Under the pieces are notes generated by a model, which was given only the letters and a program-made list of their open reading frames with translations, did no database searches and had not been told where the DNA came from. A program made the position numbers and the translations under genes. This document shows positions 51,021 to 64,000 of a DNA stretch of 64,000 bases, piece by piece. This DNA is from Octopus vulgaris. Its lineage: Eukaryota. Each line of letters begins with the position of its first letter. Position 1 is the first letter of the stretch. The stretch is from NCBI GenBank assembly GCA_951406725.2, contig OX597814.1, positions 96,906,001 through 96,970,000 on the forward strand, given 5' to 3'.

Positions 51021-54000
51021 ATATGCACATATATATTTTATCTTTCACTTGTTTAGTCAAACAAATCAACCCCAGTACTTATTTTTAGATCTGTACTTAT
51101 TCTATTGGTCTCTTAGAATAGTTACAATGCAAAATGTTGATAGTATGCATAAATTTAACACACATGTTTCCAGTAGTTAAATAAGATAACCATTACATAA
51201 TACTATCTTCAGTTGACATTTCAAAATATGAAGGTAAATAAGGAATTGGCCTTATATGTTGTGGTTGTTCAGATTGTTGAAGAAAAGCCACTAAAAGCAA
51301 AGAATGAGTGAGCGAAGGAGGTAAGTAGGGAAAGATAAAGTGATATAAGAGAGTGTGTGAATGAGGGAATATATATAAATAAGAAAATAAATATCAAATA
51401 GGCTATAAACCTCTGTTCCTAAGAATAGTAAAACAAGAAAGGAAAAAAGTTATATATATATATATACAGGAAAAATAATGTTAAACACATGATGCAGATT
51501 ATATCACATGTTCCTTATGTATATTTTATCCGTGTGGTTATTTTGTGGTTCTCTGCCATAAGCATTCTGGGTGCAATTAGATATTGAACCACCACAGTTC
51601 AGAGAAATATTTTATTGCATTATGTTACGTACTTGAAATCAATTAGATGGCAAGACTTTTCCATATATATATATGTATATATACACACACACACATGCTT
51701 ATACATCACATATTTACAAAGATTCACATACACAAATGTTGGCATACATACATATACCCTCAGACCAAATGTACGCATTACACACTCGTGTAAGCTTTCT
51801 GATATCTATATCAATCATATTATGGTTAAATGGTGTGTATATTGAAAACGGGGAATAGAAATGCAAATGGTCTTAACATAGGTGTTCCATCTAGTATTAT
51901 GAGTAGAATAACCAGGCGTGTGAATAAAAAATTCAACATAAATTATAACAAGAAATATAATAAGTGAGTTAAATAAAAAAAAAATGTATTTGGTTCGAAA
52001 GATTTTTGATATGAACTTGAGTATTGAAGCATATTTTGTTTTTCAGAAGATACAATAATAAATGCGCACTAGTTTGATTTCATTTCTTTATTATTATTTG
52101 TCTTGATAAGCTATTTAACTAATTAATTGTTTGTTTAATCATTTGGTTAATCAATTAATCAGCTCTGTTTACCAAATTCCTTACTCTGCTCATTAATTGA
52201 ATCATTGATCAGTTAATCAGCTGGTTAAATATTCAAGTAGCTAACCAATTGATGAATGATAAAGAAAAAAAAGTGAAATTGAAATAGTGTGTGCATTTTC
52301 ATTGGTGTAGTGATCCGCCTTATAACAAAATAAAAATATATAAAGAAAACTAAGATAAGATAAAGTGAAGGCAAGAAATAAAAGAATGATGAAAATAGAA
52401 TATTGTGCCATAAAAATTTTGAAAAATATGAATTAAGAAATAGGATGTAATTAGAATATAAATATGATACAAGAAGTCCAGATCAAAGCATAAATGATAT
52501 TTTCATGAGTTACCTTATTTGATATAAAGATCTAAGAGTATCTGGAAAAAATTATATATCAGGAATATCTAAATGTATGCATATACATATATATATGTGT
52601 ACATATATGTATATATGTGTGTGTGCATATGTGCACATATATGTATATATGTGTGTGTGCATATGTGTACATATATGTATATATGTGTGTGTTCATATAT
52701 AATTGTATACATATGTATATTTCTATATATGCATATGTATGTATATTGACATTAGGAAGGACATCTAGCTTTAGAAACCATGCCAAAGCAAACAGTAGAG
52801 CATGGTGCAGTGTTCTGACTTGCCACCTCCTGTCCATGCCTGCCAACATGAAAAGCAGATATTAAATGAAGACAATGATGATGTGTGTATGAATATGTAT
52901 TTGTGTATATATCTAAATATATAAATAAATGTATACATATATTTATATACACCCAAACATGTATATATATATATATATATATATGGAATATGCTTGAGAA
53001 GACCTGTTGAGTCAAGTAAAACCAATATCGTAGCTGTGGCCAGCTCCCTTTCACTAGCTCCTGTGCCGGTAGCATGTAAAAAGACCATCCAAATGTGGTC
53101 AATGCTAGGTCCACTTGACCGGCTCCCATGCCATTGGCACGTAAAAGGCACCATCTGAACATGGCCAATGCCAGTACCCCCTGACTGGCCCCCATGCCAG
53201 TGGTTCATAAAAAGTACTATCCAAATGTGATCAATGCCAGGCCTGCCTGACTGGTTCCTGTGCCAGTGGTATGTAAAAAGCACCCACTACACACTCAGAG
53301 TGGTTGGCATTAGGAAGAACATCTAGCAGTAGAAACATTGCCAGATCAGATTGGAGCCTGGTGCAGCTGCTGGCTCTCCAGACCTCAATCAAACCATCCA
53401 AACCATGCCAGCATGGAAAATGGATGCCAAACTATGATGGTGATGATGTGTGTGTGTGCATTTACGTATTTATATGTATGGATATATAGATGCTCATGTG
53501 CATAAATACATATATATGTGTGTGTATCAATCATCTTCATCATTTTATCTGTAGTTCACCATGCAAGCATGGGTCAGATGAGGTTATGTTGAAGAAAAAT
53601 TTTCTACAGCTGGATGCCAAACACCCAACTCTTTCCAAGCAAGGAAATAATACATTAATCAATCAAACAGTGAATATCTTTACATGCTATGGTGAAGAAT
53701 GCAAACAAACTATACCATTTGTATGAACAGTGAAGTTTTGGTTCCATTATTTAACACACACACATGCACATATACATACACTGATATATATATTACATTC
53801 ATATATATATAAGCTTCAAGATGCGAAGCCACCAGTGAGCATTAAGAGTCATGAGTATCAAAATGTGAAATCATTGATGATCTGGTTCTATCTGTTGCTT
53901 CCTTTGTCAGTTATTAAGATAGTGCTTCTATGGCTATTGAGTGGTTTTTGGCTCTTATTTCTACTGCTTGTCAGTGCCGTTTGTCACTATAGTGCCATAT

Positions 54001-54064
54001 ATATTTCTACCTTTAGGTTGTAAAAATTGCAAATTAGCCGCCCATATTATTTATAACATTCATG

Positions 54065-54101
<37 letters not shown>

Positions 54102-55123
54102 ATTTGTGTATATATATATAAAATTTGACGCTGCTTACCAAAAACCATCACATATATATATATGTGTGTGTGATGGCTTTTGGTAAGCAGCATCAAATTT
54201 TACAATTCTGTAAATGATAATAATAATACTTTATAAGCGATCACCATGTAATGACTAAAGAAAATAGTCTAATAATAATAATAATAATATATATATATGT
54301 TTTTAACAATAATTGGCAGAAGTTACAGAGTGACTCAAGGAATGAGAGTTTCATGCATTAGCACAACCAAACATTAATAAAACACATATATACACTCATG
54401 TTTTGAGTTCTATTTTGCCTGTTTGAATCACAAGCTAAGTAAAATCGCGGCCATCTGTGCATTCAGGCATGCCCTCTACGCCCCTCTCTTAGTTGAGAGG
54501 TTCCTAGTTTTACAGGCCTGTTGGATGTTGTTGCCATGTAAAAGCACCTATGCCAGTGTCACATAAATGTGTCAATACCAGTGCCTCATAAAAGAAACTA
54601 TGCCAGTGTCGGTGCTATGTTAAAGCCACCCGGTACACTTCGTAAAGAGGTTGGTGTTAGAAAAACCATCCAGCTGTCAAAATCATGCCAAAACAGACAA
54701 AATGAAACCCAGGCAGCTCTCCAGATAACCAGCTTCTGTCAAACCATCCAGCCTATACCAGCATGGAGAACAGATGTTAAATGATCATGATGATGATATA
54801 TATATATATATCATCATCATCATCATCATCGTTTAACGTCCGCATCATTGTTTAACATCTGTTTTCCATGCTGGCATGGGCTGGACGGTTGGGGTCTGGG
54901 AACCCAGGAAGTTGCACCAGGCTCCAGTCTGATATGGCAATGTTTCTACAGCTAGCTTCCCTTCCTAATGCCAACCACTCTGAGAGTGTAGTGGGTGCTT
55001 TTTACATGCCACCAACACAGGAGCTATAGGGGATTGGCAACAACCACGATTGGTTGGTGCTTTTTACGTACCACCAGCGCAGGGGACAGTCAAGGTGGCA
55101 TATATATATATATATATATATAC

Positions 55124-55505
55124 AGGTGCAGGCATGGCTGTGTGGTAAGAAGCTTGCTTCCTAACTACATAGTTCTGGGTTCATTCCTACTGCATGGCAC
55201 CTTGGGCAAGTGTCTTCTACTATAGCCTCAGGCTGGCTAAAGCCTCCTGCATGGATTTGGTAGCTGGAAATTGAAAGAAACCCATTGTATATATATATAT
55301 GAGTGTGTGTGTATGTATTTGTGAGTCTGTGTTTGTCCCCCCCCCCACTCCATGACTGCTTGACAACTGGTGGTGGTGTGTTTTCATCCCCAAAATTTAG
55401 TGGTTCAGCAAAAGAGACTGGTAGAATAAGTACTAAGCTTAAAAAGATAAGCGTTAGGGTCAAATTTTTGTCTTAAACCCTTCAAGGTGATGCTACAGTC
55501 AAATA
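55124..55505 (+). mobile_element. SINE family A, tail truncated at the GC island
   Basis: ggtgcaggcatggctgtgtggtaagaagcttgc head, family A body. Confidence 0.82.
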
Positions 55506-55849
55506 ACCAATCGGCCGGTTCAGGGGCGGCGCATCCGTGCCCGTCCCTTCCGGTCGCGACGATACGGTCGGCCTTCCACATTGGTCGCAGCGCAAATATT
55601 AGACTGAGACCAACGCGTACGGGCCATCGCAGCAGCCGCCACGCCTTCCGCGCACGGATCCTAGGTGTGCGGCGGCTTCACGCCCTTCGATTTGAGTGGT
55701 TGGCGTTAGGAAGGGCATCCAGCCATAGAAACACTGCCAGATCAGACTGGGCCTGATGCAGCCTTCTGGCTTCACAGACCCCAGTTGAACCATCCAACCC
55801 ATGCTAGCATGGAAAACGGATGCTAAATGATGATGATGATGATGATGAT

Positions 55850-56060
55850 AGTTAATCCAAACATGAAAGCACAAAAAAAAAACAACAACGCGAGGACGTG
55901 TAACAAATATAGTATTATTGTACACTCAGGAAAGAAGGAGGGTTTAACGTTTCGAGTGGAGCTCTTCATCGGAAACATAGGAGAAGGAAAGGTCCAGAGA
56001 AGGGAAGACAGAAGAAAAAAATCGCCGACAGTACACACGCGGTCACATTTTGAATGACCG
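55850..56060 (-). mobile_element. Small Penelope-like repeat carrying a hammerhead-like motif (relative at 1-160, plus strand)
   Basis: Minus strand gtttccgatgaagagctccactcgaaacgttaaac followed by tccttctttcctgag...taatactatatttgtta, similar to positions 25-130. Confidence 0.5.
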
Positions 56061-56304
56061 GATATATATATATATATATAACACTATATAAAGCAGACTA
56101 TCAGATGTTGTTATACACAGCTAGTCACAATGTTATTCAATTTTGTTGCAGCTTTCAGATTATGCCACACTATTGGCCAGGCAGGCAGGCCAACATTTCT
56201 CTTGATCAGAATGATAGTCCATCATGTGTTTTGTTCACAATGCTCCACTGATCTGAAACCACTAGATCCTGTATGTATATATATATATTTATATATATGC
56301 CAAT

Positions 56305-56636
56305 GCATGGCACCTTGGTTAAGTGTCTTCTACTATAGCTTTAGACCAACCAAAGTCCTGTGACTGGATTTGGTAGATGGAAACTGAAAGAAGCCCAATG
56401 TATATATAAATATATATGTGTGTTTTTGTGTTTATGTTTTTCCCCACCACTGCTTGACAACAGGTGTTGATGTGTTTATGTCCTCATAACCTAGTAGGTC
56501 AGCAAAAGAAACTGATAGCATATGTACCAGGCTTTAAAAACACACAAAAAATAAAGTACTGGAATTAATTCATTTGACTAAAACTTCTTCAAGGGGGTGC
56601 CCCAGCATGGCTGAAGTCCAATGATGGAAACAAGTG
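56305..56636 (+). mobile_element. SINE family A fragment
   Basis: ggcaccttggttaagtgtcttctactatagc ... ccagcatggctgaagtcc. Confidence 0.78.
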
Positions 56637-58183
56637 AGAGATAAATTACAAAAAGATATATGCTGAAGAAGTTACCAAAATAACAACAAGATGGGGTTTG
56701 TTTGTCTTTAAAATTATCAGATTGACTCACAGGGAAGTGGAAAGTATTGTTAAGATGTTTCTGAAAGTGTCCTTCAGAATATTGTGCCAAGGTGAAGAAA
56801 GGCTGAAAAAAGAAAGGAAGAGAGAGAAAAAAAAATTAAAGTGCAATATTGCCATCCTAACAAAAGAAGCAATGTGAAATTAATAATGATGGTCATGTGT
56901 GTGTTTGCGTGTATAACATGTACATATATAACTGGCATTCTCTCAGTTACAACAATGAGGCTTCCAGTTGATCTAATCAAAGGAACAGCCTGCTCATGAA
57001 ATTAATGTGCAAGTGGCTGAGCATTCCACAGACACATGTGCCCTTAACATAGTTCTTGGGGTGATTCAGTGGGACACAGAATACATGTACTAATTTTTGC
57101 CAGCTGAGTGAACTAGAGCAACAAGAAATAAAGTGTCTTGCTCAAGGATATAGTGCGTTGCCAGGAATTGAACTCACAACCTTATGAGCCAAATACCCGA
57201 ACCACTAAGCCATGCGCCTTCACTCATATATATATATGTGTGTGTGTATACATAAATGTCAAACAATGAGAATGAGTGTTCACTGGTGAATAAAAATTAT
57301 TTGTGTATTAAGGCTACTATTGGTTTCATGTTAAGAAAACTATTTTAATATCTTAACAATTTTTCAAGCTGATCCCATGGAGAATGGTGTTCCTACATTT
57401 TGGATGAAAACACCAAAATGGAAACAGACATTTTTTTAACATAAAACCAGTGGTAGCATTAATACACAAATAAAGAAATACATATATATGTATATGTATA
57501 TAATATATATATACAAATTTATTTGTCTTATGACTGCTAGTAAGATGAAACAACCAAGTCATTTTCAAACTTTTTCTTAAAAATTTAATTGAGAACATTA
57601 TTATGTATATATATATGTGTGTGTGTGTGTATACATGCACATGTGTATACATATATATGTGTGTGTATGTGTGTATATATATACATATATATAATATATA
57701 TAAATTAGAAAAAAACCACTATTATGCAATTCAAACAATGATAGACATAAACCAAATCACAAATAGAAAATAAAATATATTTTAAAACATATTACTAGAT
57801 CACAAAAAGTACAAAAATGAATAAACAATTTATAATAAGTAATAATATATATATATAATGGCTACTTCTGATGAGTGCAGGGTTACATAATCAGACTTAC
57901 ATCTAGTGCAAAACCAGTTGGTAAGATCAGTCATAATGGATATATAATACTGTACTCTTCGATTAAATATATACATACATACATATTTAAATATATATAT
58001 GAATTGATCCTAGGACTTACTTTTAAAGCAAGATAGAATAAGTACCAGGTTTTAAAATGCAAATACTAGGATTAATTCATTCAGCAAAAAAAAAACCTTC
58101 GAGGTGATGCCCTAACAGAGCTACAATCCAAAGGCTCAAACAAGCAAAAAATAAAAGATAAATGTGTATGTACATGTATCTTC

Positions 58184-58381
<198 letters not shown>

Positions 58382-58555
58382 TTTAGTAAAATTTAGATTC
58401 AGATGAATATGGTACTTAAGTTAAAGGCACCAGAATTTAGTATGGTATTATCCATATGATTCAAAATGGGGTGATTATAATCAAAATAAGCAACAAGGAT
58501 ATCCAGAGGTAATGCAGAGGTAATACCTCTGGATATACTTGTTGCTTATTTTGAT

Positions 58556-58589
<34 letters not shown>

Positions 58590-60020
58590 TTTATACGTAC
58601 ACACACACATACCTACACACACAGCAAGAAACATATAAATGTATGTGTATTTATATATTTATCTAGCATCTACCTATCTATTAACACAAATATACATACC
58701 TGAATTATTGCATGGAGATACATGGCATGTTATATAAATCTACCAATTTAATGTATCTTAAAAGCACGAAACTATTAATAACACTTTTGTAATTGTGTAT
58801 ATTAAATGTTAGATATATATGTGGCAAGCTTGCAGAATTGTTAGCACACTAGGCAAAGTGCTCGGTGACTGAAACAAGTAATAAAAATGTGTGTGTGTGT
58901 GCATGTATATTTGTGTATATACCAAAGTAAATGCATAAATGAACTTGATTGGCATAAACACATACAAATCTACATTTTAACGCACACATGTACATATCCT
59001 AAACACTCCTCCTCACATAACCATACAGCTCTGCACCTGCCTGAGCATGCTATATGGTGTACCTGTGTGCCTAGTTTGTAATTTGAAATGAGAAACTTCA
59101 CAAACCATTCAGCTTGACCACTAGATGTTCTTTTATCTAGCATAAAGCATTACAAAGTAAAACTTACACACAGACAAATCAATAGGACAAATAATATAGC
59201 TTCCTTTATACCATATATACATAAATAGATACGTACATACATACACCTATTCATATGTTCATATACACATTAACATGATATAACATACACACACTCAATA
59301 CTCTTCCTCCTATATACTTGTAAATACATGAATAACAAGAGCATAAATCATGCACATTCATACACTAAGTATATTTACACATATGCACATCTACACACAA
59401 ACACATATATGTGCGAGTGTATGCAGCTACACACACACACACACATACACATACACATACACACACATACACACTCACACACAGCACACTCGTTTGTCAG
59501 CACAAGACAGAAACTCAGACATGCATAAAATAGCTCTTTCCAAGAATTTCCTACACTTAATATATGACTGTTTGACGTCATTCCCGCACACACCATTCAT
59601 AACCACACCCTCATCACCCAGTACGATTTACACTCCATAACAATATTTGCAACTCACAACAAGCAAACAAACACAAACACACAGACACAATCAATCACAA
59701 GCAGTTACCAAAGTAAATAAATTTGCTGATGTACTCTAAGAATGATACATCTAGATGTGTAGCATCATAGATTCTCAACTTAAGTGGAGCAAACCAAACA
59801 TATATGCCGAGCACTATCATGAAAGGTATGTGACTTAAGGCCCTTGAACACATGGGATATTAATCCATTTCAGATGAACCTGCCGAAATGGAAGAATCAT
59901 ACCAATATGAGCTCTACACACCACTTGTATTCAGGTTATTTCAGTAATGTCTTCCCAGTTCAACAACCTGCAACACACCATACATATGTATTTAAATATA
60001 TACATTAGTATTTATACATA

Positions 60021-60068
<48 letters not shown>

Positions 60069-60540
60069 TATATATAATATATATGTATGTATGACTATAT
60101 GTATAAGTGTAAATATATTTATAAGTATATATTTGAATATTTTATATATAAATATATATATAAAATATTCATAGCAATTTCGTTCAGATTCCGTACTACT
60201 TCAAGTTTCACAGGCCTCCAAAGAGCCTGAGGAGGTTCTGTTAGAGGCCTGCAAAATTAGCATGGAATTCGAAACAAACTGTTTCAAATATTACATATAA
60301 CCACTAATAAATGTCTTGAGTGCCCTTTCTTTCATTTGTCCACTCGTTCATACACACACACATACACCCCCACACACACACACACATATACATACACTCA
60401 TAGTCGATTAACTCAAAAGACCCACATTTATCAATGCTTTGTTAGTAAACTAAGTGGATGGAAACAAAGAGAAAGACTGCCATGTGTGTGTGTGTGTCTG
60501 TGTGTGTGAGTGTGTGTGTGTGAGTGTGTGTATTTATTTA

Positions 60541-61719
60541 CAGGGCATCCCAAAATTAAGGCAACCAACTTTTTTCAATTTTGTCAAAGCAAAATATTAT
60601 TATATTTCAGTTCCAAGCGTTGTAGTGCAATAGTAAAGGAAACACAATTATGATACAACCACATTTATTTGATATGACCACCTCTGTTTCGAATCACATC
60701 CTTAAGTCTAGGTTGCAAATGCTTTGCATGCAGCATGCAGCTGTTCATGCAATTGAGGCCTATTCCTGGTGCAGTTTTGCCTTCAGAACATCGAGCAAAG
60801 CATGAGGAGTGCTTCAGACCCTCATCTCCAAAATGGGCCAAACAGAAAAATCCAACATGTTGAAATCGGAACTTTTTGCTTATGAATGATGGAATGTTTT
60901 TCTGAATCCAGTGTTGTGTCTGTCTGGAGCTGTGAGATGGTGCTGAATCCCGTTGGAGGATCCAAGGTGCATCTTGAAAGAGCTCATTCACCCATGAAAG
61001 CAGTTCAGCTTCCAGAATGTTGCTAATATATTGCTGGTTGTTAATTTTCCCACCTGAGGTCACAAAATCGAGATGAGACCTTCCAGTGGCTGTCACAGCT
61101 GCTCAAACCATAACTGACTGTGAATTTTGATGTTGATTTATGAATCTACCCTCGACAGAGCCAGATACACTCCAAAGTCGGTCATTCTCGAGTTTACTGT
61201 CTGCTTGATGTCAAATTTGTTTTCCTCAGTGAACACCAGGTTTAGGCAGTGTGCTTTCAGCAATCTGATGCAGGATAAGATGACTTCTCTCCAGTCTCAT
61301 AACCTTATAAACTTGTGTGAGCTCATGACAGCAGATCATCTTGTAGGGGTGGGTCCTGAGATCTTCTTTCAGCACTCAATGCATTGGTGTTCAGCTTATT
61401 TTTTATGTGGCTGCCAGTTTTCTGACAGAACAAAGAGGATTTTACAATATTTTTTCTCTGGTACTTTTGATAAGCTAAGGGGTCTTCAAGCTTCTTTTTC
61501 AGCCACATCTAGATCGACCAACAGTGGAACCAATCTCTTGAAATTTCTTGACAATTTTCCAGACTGTTCAGTTAATTTTAAGCTTTTTTGCTATAGCTGT
61601 ATTACTTTTAATCTGAACTTTTAATCTGAAACAAAAAGAAGACACACTAAACATTTATAATGATGTATAATTTATTAAAGCCCGAAACTTCACTTGCTGT
61701 AATTTTGGGATACTCTCTC
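60541..61719 (-). mobile_element. Decayed Tc1/mariner-superfamily element (maT/DD37D-like)
   Basis: Imperfect TIRs cagggcatcccaaaattaaggcaa / ttgctgtaattttgggatactct; ORF 60665..61096 has WILQRDSAPSH, followed by frameshifted LDFSVWPILE. Confidence 0.8.
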
Positions 61720-61765
61720 TAGACATATATATATGCTTATTATATATGCATACATTTATATATAT

Positions 61766-61822
<57 letters not shown>

Positions 61823-62275
61823 AAGATAGATAGATATAGATATAGATATTTGATACATATATATATATACATAAAGAGAGAGTGGGGAGAGAGATAGACT
61901 TCATGTTTCTCCATTATTTTGATTCTTTGTCCATGTTTAATGCTTGTCCAGTATTTGAAAATGCAAGCAGCATGGATATGATTGTTGCAAATAGTATGAA
62001 TGAGTGAACGACACTGCATTTGGTAAACAGATACATTCTTTGTGGGTTAACAATACCACCATTGGTTTCGTGTAAAATAACATCTTTGAGTGGAATGCTT
62101 GAAAATTGCAAGTTATTCACATGGAATCAATGGTAGGATTGCTGATCCCCAAATAAACAATATATTTGTCTGCTTAATGTGATACTGAGTACTCACTCTC
62201 GTTGTTCATCACTATTGTACATATATATATATATATGCTCTTTCAATACAAATACACACGCGCATATATATATTA

Positions 62276-62687
62276 GGCACAGGCATGGCTCTCTGGTAAG
62301 AAGCTTCCTTCCCAACAATATGGTTCTGGCTTCAGTTCCACTGCATGGTACCTTGGGCAAGCGTCTTCTACTTTAGCCTCAAGCCAGCCAAAGCCTTGTG
62401 AGTAGATTTGGTAGACAGAAACTGAAAGAAACCTGTCGTATATATATGTGTGTGTGTGTGTGTTTATCTTCGTGTGTGAGTCTTTGTATCTGTGTTTGTC
62501 CCACCATCACCACTTAATAACTGGTGTTGGTGTTCTTACATCCCTGTAACTTAACAGTTAAGCAGTAGAGACCAACAAAATAAGTACTAGGCTTAAAACA
62601 TAAGTCCTGGAGTTGATTTGTTTGACTAAAACCCTTCAAGGTGGTGCTCCAGCATGGCCACAGCCTAATGTCTAAAGCCTGTAAAAG
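62276..62687 (+). mobile_element. SINE family A, full length
   Basis: ggcacaggcatggctctctggtaag head to ggtgctccagcatggccacag tail. Confidence 0.82.
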
Positions 62688-62964
62688 TGGTGTGTATATA
62701 TATATATATTACGGAGATGTACTTGCATAGCAAGTGACTTGATCTGAGATTGTGTGCTGGAACGAAAACAATTGCAGCGTGGAAGGTGTTTATAAGGCAT
62801 TTAAGAAACACACAAAACCTGAGATGCAGCATGAAACTTTGTCAGTGAACAGGTCGCAGTCTCAAAGTGACGAAAAAATTTTGACAAATTAAATTTAAAT
62901 GTTGAAGTGAATCTAACGGTTTTGTGTGTTTCTTAAATGGCTTATAAACACCTTCCATGCTGCA

Positions 62965-63082
<118 letters not shown>

Positions 63083-64000
63083 TATATATATATATGTGAT
63101 GATTCAAGGATTGCTTTAGCATTAATATATACCAACTAACAACCAAGATCAGATGAGTTTAATTTAGCTTTTTAATGCACATTTCATTTCACACTCTATT
63201 CCTCCCTTACACCAACAACTTACTCAACCATCCACCTCCCCCTAACTACATTCATTATTTTCCCTTCCACTTCCATCGACTGCCATGCCTCAGGGATTCT
63301 AGGATAGCTGGTTCACTGCCCAACCATTCATACTGCCATTCATTGAAATATCGTCACATTGTCTGCACAATTGAAGAAAATTATTATATTATGCTATTTT
63401 TTGGACAAAGATTATTTTTGCAAGTTTGCAAAATGATATTTTTCTAAATTATATAAATTAATCTGTGTGTGTGTGTGTGTGTGCATGCAACTTTGTCACT
63501 CATCATCGTCCTCATCATCATCATTGTTTAACGTCTGTTTTCCATGCTAGCATGGATTGGACAGTTTGACTGGGGTCTGGGAAGCCAGGAGGCTGCACCA
63601 GGCTCCAGTCTGATCTGGTAGTGTTTCTACAGCTGGAAGCTTTTCCTAACGCCAACCACTCCATCTGCTTGACAAAAGCTGTTGGCTTGTTTACATTACT
63701 TCGACTTGGCTGATCAGCATTAAGAGATAGACAGGAAAAAATCCAAACTTCAAAGAAGGACTATAGTTGATTTCATCAAGTAGAACCCTCTATGTAGTGG
63801 CCATAATAGCAGTTAGAAACAAAAGCAAGTCAGAGAATATATATATCAAAAAGACATTCAAGACAAAATAGCCAATTCAGTATTAGAAATATATTGAAAT
63901 AAAATTGTAACAAATTAATATAGAAGCTTTATCTTCTAAATACTGAAGAGACATCTCAATAACACTTGGGAACTTGGGACATACATACATACATACATAC

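Noticed and set aside
53030-53290. Regularly spaced repeats (gccagt...gtaaaaagcacc) that look like a CRISPR-style array
   Set aside because: Units are whole diverged tandem subrepeats of a retroposon 3' region seen at several other loci; eukaryotic context and no cas genes.
55511-55692. Identification of the GC island as 7SL, 7SK, RNase P, telomerase RNA or an HDV-like ribozyme
   Set aside because: I could not find their diagnostic motifs by eye; left unidentified.
55487-55756. 89-aa ORF over the GC island
   Set aside because: Spans a SINE tail, the island and a LINE-type tail; no recognisable domain; open frames are expected in GC-rich sequence.

Overview
Eukaryotic, AT-rich (roughly 30% GC by eye), microsatellite- and retroposon-dense DNA. 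The SINE families resemble those of Octopus, so a cephalopod source is inferred, not proven. The window holds one protein-coding gene, a + strand nuclear receptor of the NR1H group (ecdysone receptor/LXR/FXR-like). I reconstructed it by hand as 7 coding exons, join(21872..21944,27428..27685,30543..30683,32107..32399,36487..36651,38558..38780,41506..41744) = 1392 nt, 463 aa, with all GT-AG junctions phase-compatible. The rest is decayed mobile DNA: several tRNA-headed SINE families, R4/Dong-like and RTE-like LINE ends, two mariner relics, a maT/Tc1-like relic, mariner, hAT and piggyBac-type MITEs, and a tRNA-Gly pseudogene. Almost all ORF-track entries are microsatellite artefacts. Most notable: a 67% GC, multi-branch-foldable 180-nt island fused to a LINE-type tail; an exact 34-nt copy of the receptor's start-codon region inside its own intron 2; a remodelled ligand pocket and AF-2; hammerhead-ribozyme-like motifs in small repeats; and a set of long fold-back hairpins. 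I cannot claim a definite new biological system; these are candidates to test.
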